DNA of 44,870 nt, taken from assembly GCA_018812385.1 (NCBI GenBank), contig JAHJDU010000410.1, positions 1 through 44,870 of the forward strand, read 5' to 3'. This stretch comes from Pseudomonadota bacterium (GTDB taxonomy: Bacteria; Desulfobacterota; Desulfobacteria; Desulfobacterales; Desulfobacteraceae). The translations under genes were made by a program, and so were the position numbers. How positions within the stretch are numbered: the stretch's first letter is position 1; each line of letters begins with the position of its first letter. The notes beneath the pieces are model-generated. The model did no database searches. It was not told the DNA's origin and was given only the letters and a program-made list of their open reading frames with translations. Below, piece after piece: positions 19,160 through 27,998 of the stretch.

Positions 19160-20860
19160 GTGATGGAACATTTCAATGTGTGGAAACTTCTGGCAGGCCT
19201 GGGCATATTCATGTTCGGCATGCAATTGCTTGAAACCTCGGTAAAATCACTGTCCGGCAAAGCTTTCCGAAGAATCATCCGGCAATATACAAACGGAAGA
19301 TTAAAGGCCATTGGAAGCGGCGCTTTTGTCACTGCATTATTGCAGAGCAGTTCAGCCGTTTCCCTGATGGTCCTGGCTTTTGTCGGGGCCGGGGTCATGA
19401 GCATGGAAAATGCCATCGGTGTTATCATGGGCTCCAATATCGGTACAACGCTGACCGCCTGGATTGTTGCAACCCTTGGATTTAAAATCAAAATCGAAAC
19501 CTTTGCCCTCCCCTTTGTGGGTGTTGGTGCCATTGGTTTAATCCTCTTTAAACCTTCAACAAAATTATATCATGTCACCTGTCTTCTCATAGGGTTTGGC
19601 TTTCTTTTTCTGGGGCTTGACTATATGAAGGGGACAGTTGAAGGCTTTGCCCAGCATTTCACCATGGACCAGATTCCCAATTACGGTCTATGGTTTTATT
19701 TAATCATAGGAACCGCGTTAACTGCCCTGATGCATTCAAGTGCAGCTACCCTGGCCATCACTCTTGCGGCGCTTAACAGTCAGTTGATCACTTTTGACAT
19801 CGCAGCCGTCATGGTGGTCGGTGCCAATATTGGTACAACCATCACCATATTATTCGGTTCAATTGGCGGCACTCAACCCAAAAAAAGAGTGGCTGCCAGC
19901 CATTTGATCTTTAATGCTGTAACCGGCTCCCTTTGCTTTATAGGCCTTCCGTTTATGATCTGGCTCACCACGCAGTTTGTGGATGTCCAGACCTCACAAT
20001 TGACCGGTCTTGCCATGTTCCATACCCTGTTCAATGTTATAGGTGTCCTTCTTTTTCTACCCTTTATCGGCCTTCTCTCCCGTCTGCTGGTAAAACTTTT
20101 TCCTGAACATAAAGAAATTCTTACGCTTTATATTGATAAAACCCCGGTTGAAGAGACCGCAGCTTCAGTTTCTGCTTTAAAGAATGAAATTCTGCATCTG
20201 CTTAAAAAATGTCAGCTGTACAATCTGAAATTGTTGAATATAGATGAAAAACTGGTTTTTGATGCTGATGCCATTGAAAACAATAAAAAGCGAAACCTGC
20301 GTTTGGAAGACCTCTATGAAAACATCAAGCTGCTCCATGCCGCCATCTACACCTATTATGCTAAAATCCAGAACCATCAACTGGCTGATGAAGAGACGGC
20401 AGATATGGAACGGATTATGTTTGCCTCACGGAATATTATGAATGCCACAAAAAATTTTAAGAGCATTTATGGTAACATGGAAGAGCTTGACGGTTCAGAA
20501 AATTCCTATCTAAACGCACAATATGCTGCGTTCAGAAAACGAATGGTAGAACTCTGCATCAATATGAATACAGTTCTTCAACTTGAGGATCAAGAGGAGC
20601 AATACCGCCATCTTTTAAAAATCTTTATGCAGATTGAAGATACGGACAGCCGGTTTATCAAAAGAACCATGACTGCCGTGGTGGAAAAAACAATCCATGA
20701 AATGGAGATTGCTTCTCTTCTTCTGGTCAACAGGCTCTTTAACCAGTCTTTCAGAATGCAGGTGTTCAGTTTAAAAGACCTGCTGCTGCGCCAGGACCAG
20801 GTCATCTTGTTTGACAGCGCCCTTGAGGTTAAAGCCCAGCAGAAAAAATCACACTTATAG
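19160..20860 (+). CDS. Na+/phosphate cotransporter family protein (NptA/YjbB, PhoU-like tail)
   Basis: Two repeats, LLQSSSA...GSNIGTT and LMHSSAA...GANIGTT, plus a helical C-terminal domain. Confidence 0.9.
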   Translation: MMEHFNVWKLLAGLGIFMFGMQLLETSVKSLSGKAFRRIIRQYTNGRLKAIGSGAFVTALLQSSSAVSLMVLAFVGAGVMSMENAIGVIMGSNIGTTLTAWIVATLGFKIKIETFALPFVGVGAIGLILFKPSTKLYHVTCLLIGFGFLFLGLDYMKGTVEGFAQHFTMDQIPNYGLWFYLIIGTALTALMHSSAATLAITLAALNSQLITFDIAAVMVVGANIGTTITILFGSIGGTQPKKRVAASHLIFNAVTGSLCFIGLPFMIWLTTQFVDVQTSQLTGLAMFHTLFNVIGVLLFLPFIGLLSRLLVKLFPEHKEILTLYIDKTPVEETAASVSALKNEILHLLKKCQLYNLKLLNIDEKLVFDADAIENNKKRNLRLEDLYENIKLLHAAIYTYYAKIQNHQLADEETADMERIMFASRNIMNATKNFKSIYGNMEELDGSENSYLNAQYAAFRKRMVELCINMNTVLQLEDQEEQYRHLLKIFMQIEDTDSRFIKRTMTAVVEKTIHEMEIASLLLVNRLFNQSFRMQVFSLKDLLLRQDQVILFDSALEVKAQQKKSHL

Positions 20861-20923
20861 AAACAGACCTATATCACTCAAAAAAAATTACGGCCGATCA
20901 GCCGGTATATATTGTTTCTGAGT

Positions 20924-23284
20924 CTAATGCAGCGTGTGGGCTGTCCTCATTATAATCTCTTCCTGGAGAGCCTGTGTAAGATCCACAAAATAATCTGAAT
21001 ATCCTGCGACTCTTACAATCAGATCCTGATAGTTTTCCGGATGCTTTTGAGCTTGTCTTAATGTTTTTTCAGACACCACATTAAATTGCACATGATGACC
21101 ATCCATTTTAAAATATGACCGGATTAAATGCAAAAGAGCCTGAACTCCTTTTTCCTCTTTAAAAAGATCAGGCATAAATTTTTGATTCAAAAGGGTTCCG
21201 CCTGTTTTTAAATGATCGATCTTGGCTGCAGATTTTAACACGGCCGTTGGACCGCATCGGTCTGCACCCTGGACCGGAGATATTCCTTCGGAAAGCGGTA
21301 CTCCCTTTTTTCTTCCATCGGGCAGAGCCCCTGTGATTTCGCCAAAGTAAACATGGCAGGTGGTGGGCAACAGATTAATCCGATAAACCCCTCCTTTTGC
21401 ATTGGGCCTGCCCGTCACCAAACCATGAAATGCAGTAAACACCCTCTTTAATATATCATCTGCATAATCGTCATCATTGCCATATTTAGGTGCCTGGCAC
21501 AATTGATGAAAAAGAACATCGTTTTGTTTGAAGTCTTTTTCCAGTGCATTCAACAATTTGTCCATGGAAATACGGCCTTTATCATACACATTATATTTCA
21601 GTGATGAAAAGCAATCTGTTATGGTTCCCATGCCAACGCCCTGGATATAGGAGGTATTGTATCTTGCCCCGCCCTGATTATAATCCTTTGCATTTTTAAT
21701 GCAGTCTTCCGTGACAAGGGACAACAAAGGAACCGGCATATACTTTGCGTTAATCTGTTCAATGATATTGTTACCCTTGATCTTGATATTAACAAAATGT
21801 TCCAATTGCTTTTTATAGGCATCAAAAAGTTCGTCAAATGTTTCAAAACTTTCCGGGTCTCCTGTTTTAAGACCGATCTGCTTTTTTGTCAAAGGATCAC
21901 AGCCATTGTAAAGGGTTATTTCCAGAATTTTGGGCAGATTAAAATAGCCTGTCAAAATATAGCATTCTTTACCAAAAACACCTGCTTCCACACAACCGGA
22001 AGCACCTGCCATTCTCGCATCTTCTATAGATTTGCCATGAAGACTCATCTCCTGAATAATGGCATCCGTATTAAACACTGACGGCTGACCAAATCCCGTG
22101 GCAATAATCTTTAATGCCCGTTTGATAAATCTGTCCGGGTTTTTCCTGGACACCTGGATCATGGAGCTTGGCTGCAAAAGCCTCATTTCCTCAATCACAT
22201 CAAGAACAAGATAAGTCAATTCATTAACGCCATCCTGGTTATCCTTTGTGACACCGCCAAGATTGATCAGGCAAAAATCAACATAGGTATTGCTTTCCCT
22301 GGCAGTTACGCCCACCTTTGGAGGGGCTGGATGGTTATGGAATTTTATCCAGAAACAGCACAGCAGCTCCTTTGCCTCTTCCCGGGTGATTGTTCCATTT
22401 TCAATATCTTTTTTATAAAAAGGGTACAGATTCTGGTCAAACCTGCCAGGGTTATAAGCATCCCAGGGGTTTAGTTCCGTTATGATCCCGACATGCACAA
22501 ACCAATAATACTGCAAGGCCTCGTGAAAGGTTACGGGTTTTTGGGCAGGCACCCTTTGGCAAATGCGGGCCATATTTTCAAGTTCTGCTTTCCGCTTGGA
22601 ATTAGTTTCATCTTTTGCCATTTGTTCCAGTTTATCTGCATGGCGCCTGGCAAAAATAATCAGGGCATCTGCTGCTATATCAAGGCAGGTTAAAATCTCC
22701 TGTTTTTCAAGGCCATTTTTATCCTCAAAAAAATCAATGTCCCCAAGACATTGCCTGATATCTTTCTTCAAATCATTGAATCCTTTTTTATAAATCAAAT
22801 CCCCTCCGGCAGTATGGCCTGGGGATCGCTGTTCCTGGAACTCGGTAAAAATTCCGGCATTAAAAGAATCAATCCATCGATCATCCATGGCAGAAAATAT
22901 CTTTTCCCTTATGGTTTTGCCCTTCCAGAACGGGATAATCTTTTCCTCATAAATTTTCTTTGTTTCCTGGGAAACTTTATAAGACACTTTGGGTCTTGAG
23001 TCTAAAATCTCAAGATCGGTCAGGGAATGCAGGCAGATTTCAGGATATGTGGGAACAGCTTTGGGTTCAGGTCCCCGTTCTCCGACAATCAGTTCATTGT
23101 CATCAATAAATATTTTTTTATTTTCAAGAATATATTTCAGACACAATGCCCTTTGAACGGGGATGGATTTATCCAAACTGACAAAGGCTTTGTAAAAATT
23201 GGTAACAAGGTCAGCCCTTTCATGGGAGATGGTCACCTTTTTATCCTGGGTCTTTTTTCGCAGGCTTTCTATTCTTGAATTCAT
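20924..23284 (-). CDS. hypD: Glycyl radical enzyme, trans-4-hydroxy-L-proline dehydratase (HypD)
   Basis: Glycyl loop RVAGYS and Cys loop SGCVE. HypD-type segments EQRSPGHT, NPWDAYNPGR, PAPPKVG...ESNTYVDF, LTGYFN and LPTTCH carry the His/Asp/Ser/Asp-Phe/Tyr/Thr residues of characterised HypD (compared from memory). Confidence 0.88.
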   Translation of the reverse strand: MNSRIESLRKKTQDKKVTISHERADLVTNFYKAFVSLDKSIPVQRALCLKYILENKKIFIDDNELIVGERGPEPKAVPTYPEICLHSLTDLEILDSRPKVSYKVSQETKKIYEEKIIPFWKGKTIREKIFSAMDDRWIDSFNAGIFTEFQEQRSPGHTAGGDLIYKKGFNDLKKDIRQCLGDIDFFEDKNGLEKQEILTCLDIAADALIIFARRHADKLEQMAKDETNSKRKAELENMARICQRVPAQKPVTFHEALQYYWFVHVGIITELNPWDAYNPGRFDQNLYPFYKKDIENGTITREEAKELLCCFWIKFHNHPAPPKVGVTARESNTYVDFCLINLGGVTKDNQDGVNELTYLVLDVIEEMRLLQPSSMIQVSRKNPDRFIKRALKIIATGFGQPSVFNTDAIIQEMSLHGKSIEDARMAGASGCVEAGVFGKECYILTGYFNLPKILEITLYNGCDPLTKKQIGLKTGDPESFETFDELFDAYKKQLEHFVNIKIKGNNIIEQINAKYMPVPLLSLVTEDCIKNAKDYNQGGARYNTSYIQGVGMGTITDCFSSLKYNVYDKGRISMDKLLNALEKDFKQNDVLFHQLCQAPKYGNDDDYADDILKRVFTAFHGLVTGRPNAKGGVYRINLLPTTCHVYFGEITGALPDGRKKGVPLSEGISPVQGADRCGPTAVLKSAAKIDHLKTGGTLLNQKFMPDLFKEEKGVQALLHLIRSYFKMDGHHVQFNVVSEKTLRQAQKHPENYQDLIVRVAGYSDYFVDLTQALQEEIIMRTAHTLH

Positions 23285-23340
23285 TTTTTTTCCACCATTT
23301 TTTTTCCACCATTATTTTATCCGGCATTATTTTATCCACC
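23282..23340 (-). repeat. Four degenerate 14-15-nt tandem repeats across the activase-hypD junction
   Basis: Minus strand reads GGTGGATAAAATAAT GCCGGATAAAATAAT GGTGGAAAAAAAAT GGTGGAAAAAAAAT G. Confidence 0.75.
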
Positions 23341-24096
23341 TAGGGTTACACTGAATCCGTTGGACTCAAATTGTTCTTTTACTTTTGCTAGCATCTCATC
23401 GCTCGGGGGCTGTATGTCTTTCATATAATTTATTATATTCAATGCCTCATATTTTCCTTGGCCTGCCCTATGAAAAGGCAGGATGTGAATATCCCGGTAA
23501 ATGGTATTTTCTTTTAAAAATGCAATAATCCTGCCAATGTTTTCATCTGTATCTGTCATCTGTGGTATGAGGGGAAACCGCAACCTGACAGCGGCCTTTT
23601 GTTTTGACAATTGTTTTAAATTATCCAGTACAAGATCAACACCTTGACCAGTATATTTTTTGTGTGCTGTTTCATCTATCAATTTAATATCATAAAGGAT
23701 TAAATCTGCTTTTTGAGCAACCTTTAAAAGGGTCTTAACTTCACCATATCCTGAAGTATCCACACAGGTATGAATTTGTTTTTCCCGGCATAGGTCCAGA
23801 AGCCTGAATAATAATTGAGGCTGGCACAAGGGTTCCCCACCTGAAAACGTCACCCCTCCACCTGAATCATCATAGAAAATAAGATCTTTTTCTATCTCTT
23901 CCATCAAAAAAGCCGCGACCTTGTCCATCTCTTCCATATTGATTTTCAAAGGCATTGCCTGGCTTTCAGGGTTATGGCACCAGCAGCAGGATAAAGGGCA
24001 CCCCTGAAAAAACAGCGTGGTTCTGATTCCAGGGCCATCATGGATGGAATACCTTTGGATTTTAAAAACATATGGATTTTGAACTTGGTAAATCAT
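23332..24096 (-). CDS. Glycyl-radical activating enzyme (radical SAM), HypD activase
   Basis: IQRYSIHDGPGIRT, CPLSCCWC (CX3CX2C) and GGGVTFSGGEP. The ATG at 24096 fits the family N-terminus. Confidence 0.9.
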   Translation of the reverse strand: MIYQVQNPYVFKIQRYSIHDGPGIRTTLFFQGCPLSCCWCHNPESQAMPLKINMEEMDKVAAFLMEEIEKDLIFYDDSGGGVTFSGGEPLCQPQLLFRLLDLCREKQIHTCVDTSGYGEVKTLLKVAQKADLILYDIKLIDETAHKKYTGQGVDLVLDNLKQLSKQKAAVRLRFPLIPQMTDTDENIGRIIAFLKENTIYRDIHILPFHRAGQGKYEALNIINYMKDIQPPSDEMLAKVKEQFESNGFSVTLGG

Positions 24097-24341
24097 AGCG
24101 GTATGATCATCATTGAGAACTATGAGGTCTCCATTTTTAAAATCATTTTCACCCACTTCCCTTAGTCTTAAAACAGATATAGAAAACAATATTAAAAAAG
24201 GCAAGCAATACCCCATATCCTTTGATTTTCCCTCAAACTCCTCGGGGAGATCATCAAAACATAGATCAGCTTTATTTAAAACTATATTTTGAGCATTTTC
24301 AAAACCTTTCTTAAAAAATGAATGTTGTGCCATATTAATAA

Positions 24342-24370
24342 TTGACCCCTTTGCTTAATTTGTATAAGAT
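24342..24370 (+). promoter_or_regulatory. Candidate sigma70 promoter for the sensor/regulator pair
   Basis: TTGACC-N17-TAAGAT. Confidence 0.55.
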
Positions 24371-24428
24371 TGTGGGACTTAACCGGAATTGAAAGATTAT
24401 TTTTCCAAAATGGTCACAAAAAGGGTTT

Positions 24429-25403
24429 TTGATGGATGTCATTCACAAATATCATTCAATAGCAGTTTCATTGTTCATTGCAGTTTTGTCCTGCTTTTTT
24501 GGGGCATGTTCAAGCGACTCGGATTACAAACAGGTTGATTTTTCCAAAACTGTGCAGTCTGCCTCCCGAACCGTTCAGGAGGCAGGCCATCCAAGCCTTC
24601 GGGTGGCCATTGCTGCCATGATTTCCCCAAAGGAAAGCATTTCAAAATACAAATCATTAATGGATTATATCGGGAAAAAGATGGGCTATCAGATTATTCT
24701 CATACAGCGAAAAACCTATGGGGAGATCAATGAACTTTTCCAAAAGCAGCAAATCGATCTGGCACTCATCTGTTCAGGCCCCTATGCAAACGGGAAAGAC
24801 ATCTTCCAGGTTGAGGCATTAGCCGTTCCACTGGTTCGAGGAGAACACTATTACCGGTCATACCTGATCGTCAACAAAAAAAGCTCGATTAAAACACTTG
24901 AGGATTTAAGGGGAAAAACCTTTGCTTATACCGATCCTGACTCAAATACCGGCACCCTTGTTCCCAACTATTGGGTGGCCATGAAAGGTGAAACATCCCA
25001 ATTATTTTTTAAAGAAACCACCTATACTTACTCCCATGATAATTCCATTATTGCAGTGGCCAAATCCCTGGTGGATGGCGCTGCTGTTGACAGCCATATC
25101 TGGGAATATTATCATCGGACAAATCCGGAATACACTGCCAATACAAGGATAATTAAAAAATCGATCCCCTTTGGGAGCCCGCCCTTTGTTTCTTCCCGGT
25201 CACTGCCCCTTGTATTGAAAGAGAATGTCAAAGAAATATTGCTGACCATGCATTTAGATCCGGAAGGCAAACAGATCCAGGATTCCTTATTTGTTGATAA
25301 ATTCGTACTGCCTCAGGAGTCATGGTATCAGCCCATTATAAAAATGAAACAGGAATTTGAGCAGCTAAAAAAGAAGAGGGCCAATGGGACCGGCAAGCCT
25401 TAG
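24429..25403 (+). CDS. PhnD-fold oxyanion-binding lipoprotein (AioX/ArrX/AnrX-like sensor partner)
   Basis: Lipobox FGAC and motifs QRKTY, LICSGPY, Y.SYLIV, DPDSNTG, SHDNSI and DGAAVDS. No ABC permease nearby, and it overlaps the downstream regulator. Confidence 0.8.
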   Translation: MMDVIHKYHSIAVSLFIAVLSCFFGACSSDSDYKQVDFSKTVQSASRTVQEAGHPSLRVAIAAMISPKESISKYKSLMDYIGKKMGYQIILIQRKTYGEINELFQKQQIDLALICSGPYANGKDIFQVEALAVPLVRGEHYYRSYLIVNKKSSIKTLEDLRGKTFAYTDPDSNTGTLVPNYWVAMKGETSQLFFKETTYTYSHDNSIIAVAKSLVDGAAVDSHIWEYYHRTNPEYTANTRIIKKSIPFGSPPFVSSRSLPLVLKENVKEILLTMHLDPEGKQIQDSLFVDKFVLPQESWYQPIIKMKQEFEQLKKKRANGTGKP

Positions 25404-27600
25404 AAAAAAGCTGACATTAATCATCACGGCCATTGTCATTATAAGCGGCATAATTATTTCTTTACTGGTCACCAACCGTTATAAAAACAGCCTGTTTCAG
25501 GTTGCCCTGGCCCAGGCAGATAACATTGCCCAAAACCTGGCTCTGGAAGCTGCGGATATTATTCTTATCAACGACCGGATGGCCTTGCAAAAACTGCTGG
25601 ATTATCGAAAAAAAAGTAACCCAACTGTGGGTTATCTTTTTATCGTGAATAACAGACAGATCCTTGCCCATACTTTTGATGATAATATCCCTGCTGATCT
25701 TATCAAAGCAAACCAGACCATGGATAAACTCCAGGGGCATATTCAAAAAATCATTTCAACCGGTGGCGATAAATATATTGATGTGGCCTGGCCCATATTT
25801 GAAGGAAAAGCCGGTGTTTTACGCTTGGGAATTTCTGAAAAACCATACATGGATAAGGCAGTTAGTCTCTGGTACCAGATGAGTTTCATTATCATAGGTA
25901 TTTTAATAACCTCCCTGTTTGTGGCCCATCTTTTTATCAAACGCATCACCCGGCCGTTGCAGGAACTGACACGAACCGTTGAAAAAATCGATCATGGAGA
26001 TGCAGAAGTTAAGATAAACCTGACAGGAGATGGAGAAGTTGGACTTTTATCTGCCTCTTTTTCCAATATGCTTAAAAGAATCAACGCCAACACCCAGAAG
26101 CTTAAAACTTATGCTGCCAGGCTCAAGGACAAAAATATTGAACTGGCCCGTGCCCAGCGCCAGACCCGAACATCCTTTGAAATTGCCAAGGAGACCGGGG
26201 CTCTCCTGCGGCTAGATGAAATCTGCATCTATTTGATTCAAAAACTTCAGGATATTGTCACCTGCCGGCAAATGGTCATGCTTATTTTTAACGGCAGTCG
26301 CGATCAGGTTTTTGTCCATTCTGAAAATGAGAATCTGGCTCTTGACGGGGAAAAAACATCTGCTTTTAAGGATTACCTTGAAAGCCTGGAACATCATGAC
26401 TTCAAAGCAAAGGAAGAATTTCCCTTGAAATTGTCAGATTTCAATTCTGCCAAAAGAATCGCCTCGTTTCCATTACGTCACGAGGGGGTCGTTATTGGTG
26501 CCATATGCATCGGATGCCCCGGGGACTGCCAATGCGTAACAAAAGAATTGGAAGTCATTGAGCTGATTTTAAATCAGACAACCACCTCCATCTTAAGGGC
26601 GGTTTTCCATGGGGATGAAATCCATGACCTGGAAAAAAAAGCTGGACGGAAAACCGGTTTTTCCGGGATACTGGGCAAAGATCCTAAAATGCATATTATT
26701 TACAAAATGATCAAGGATGTTTCCGTTTCAGATGCCACCGTTCTCATCCAGGGAGAAAGCGGCACGGGCAAGGAACTGGTAGCGCAGGCCATCCATGACA
26801 ACAGCCCCAGAAAAGATCATCCCTTTATCGTCATCAACTGTTCTGCTTATCCTGCAACACTTTTAGAAAGTGAATTATTTGGACATGAAAAAGGAAGTTT
26901 TACTGGTGCAGACAAGAGAAAATCCGGACGGTTTGAGCAGGCCGACGGGGGGACGGTTTTTCTGGATGAAATCGGAGAAATTGATCTTTCAGCCCAGGTC
27001 AAATTGCTCAGGGTATTACAAACTAAAAAAATTGAACGGATTGGTGGAACCCATACATTAAATATTGATGTACGAATACTTGCTGCCACCAATAAAAATT
27101 TATTAAACCAGGTAAAAAAGGGCCAGTTTCGTGAAGACCTATTCTACCGGTTAAATGTGATTCCCATCAATCTTCCTTCCCTAGGAATGCGGCGCAACGA
27201 TATCCCTTTGCTGGCCCGTCATTTTTTAAATAATTTTGCTATTCAGGAAAATAAAATCATAAAAGATTTTTCATCTAATGCCATGCGAATTTTGCTTGAC
27301 TACTCTTGGCCGGGTAATGTCAGGGAACTTGAAAACAGCGTAGAGCATGCTGTTGTTCTTGCAAAGGACAACCATATTCACACGTCTGATCTTCCTTTAG
27401 CGCTTCAGGATCCAGATACCCTTATACTGAGGAATAATGGAACACGGCTTAGGGATATTGAGGAACAACATCTTATAAAGGCATTGGAAGCCTGCAACTG
27501 GAATAAAAAAGCTGCAGCAGACCATTTGGGTATTGGCCGGTCCACCTTATATGTGAAACTTAAAAAATTCAATATTGCCTCCCCTTCCCAAGATGGGTGA
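25384..27600 (+). CDS. Membrane-anchored sigma54-dependent activator (TM-periplasmic sensor-TM-HAMP-GAF-like-AAA+-HTH)
   Basis: Two hydrophobic helices, HAMP (ITRPLQEL...GEVGLLSASFSNM), GESGTGKE, GSFTGA, FREDLFYRLNV, WPGNVRELEN and a Fis-type HTH. Confidence 0.9.
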   Translation: MGPASLRKKLTLIITAIVIISGIIISLLVTNRYKNSLFQVALAQADNIAQNLALEAADIILINDRMALQKLLDYRKKSNPTVGYLFIVNNRQILAHTFDDNIPADLIKANQTMDKLQGHIQKIISTGGDKYIDVAWPIFEGKAGVLRLGISEKPYMDKAVSLWYQMSFIIIGILITSLFVAHLFIKRITRPLQELTRTVEKIDHGDAEVKINLTGDGEVGLLSASFSNMLKRINANTQKLKTYAARLKDKNIELARAQRQTRTSFEIAKETGALLRLDEICIYLIQKLQDIVTCRQMVMLIFNGSRDQVFVHSENENLALDGEKTSAFKDYLESLEHHDFKAKEEFPLKLSDFNSAKRIASFPLRHEGVVIGAICIGCPGDCQCVTKELEVIELILNQTTTSILRAVFHGDEIHDLEKKAGRKTGFSGILGKDPKMHIIYKMIKDVSVSDATVLIQGESGTGKELVAQAIHDNSPRKDHPFIVINCSAYPATLLESELFGHEKGSFTGADKRKSGRFEQADGGTVFLDEIGEIDLSAQVKLLRVLQTKKIERIGGTHTLNIDVRILAATNKNLLNQVKKGQFREDLFYRLNVIPINLPSLGMRRNDIPLLARHFLNNFAIQENKIIKDFSSNAMRILLDYSWPGNVRELENSVEHAVVLAKDNHIHTSDLPLALQDPDTLILRNNGTRLRDIEEQHLIKALEACNWNKKAAADHLGIGRSTLYVKLKKFNIASPSQDG

Positions 27601-27644
27601 TAAGTTCCTTATTTTTATAGTCCAACAAAAAAAAAGACAAATCA

Positions 27645-27729
27645 TGTCCATAAACGGGACATTCTTTAATTAACTGAATTAATTAGTATATTTATCCTAT
27701 AAGCATTATTTGTTTCCATAAACGGGACA
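27645..27729. promoter_or_regulatory. Candidate enhancer (UAS) pair for the sigma54 activator
   Basis: Exact 15-bp direct repeat TCCATAAACGGGACA at 27647-27661 and 27715-27729. The first copy forms the palindrome TGTCC-N7-GGACA. Confidence 0.65.
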
Positions 27730-27905
27730 CTTTTGAATTTAAAAATTCTATCTTTATTCCCTCGGCTTTATTTCTTAACGTTTTAAACAATTAAAAAGCA
27801 TGTCTTAAAAAATAAAGATAAGCGGTGTACTCATATATCCATCAATAGTTTTCGTATTCTAAAATAGTGAATTACAAAAGCTGGACACTTCTTGATTTTC
27901 AAGAG

Positions 27906-27921
27906 TGGCACAAATATTGAT
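27906..27921 (+). promoter_or_regulatory. Candidate sigma54 promoter of the redox operon
   Basis: TGGCAC-AAATA-TTGAT. The -24 element is perfect and the -12 element has GA in place of GC. Confidence 0.6.
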
Positions 27922-27998
27922 TAAGCTAATGAAATGTCGATTTATAAAATCTTTTCATTTTTACAATTTATAAGCCGGGTAGCCCCAGGATATTTGTT

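Noticed and set aside
20924-23284. Calling the glycyl radical enzyme pyruvate formate-lyase or an alkyl/benzylsuccinate synthase
   Set aside because: It has a single-Cys GCVE loop rather than the PFL CC pair, carries HypD-specific residues, and has no small bss/ass subunit genes.
24429-25403. Phosphonate ABC transporter (phnD)
   Set aside because: No phnC or phnE nearby, and the gene is coupled to a regulator instead.
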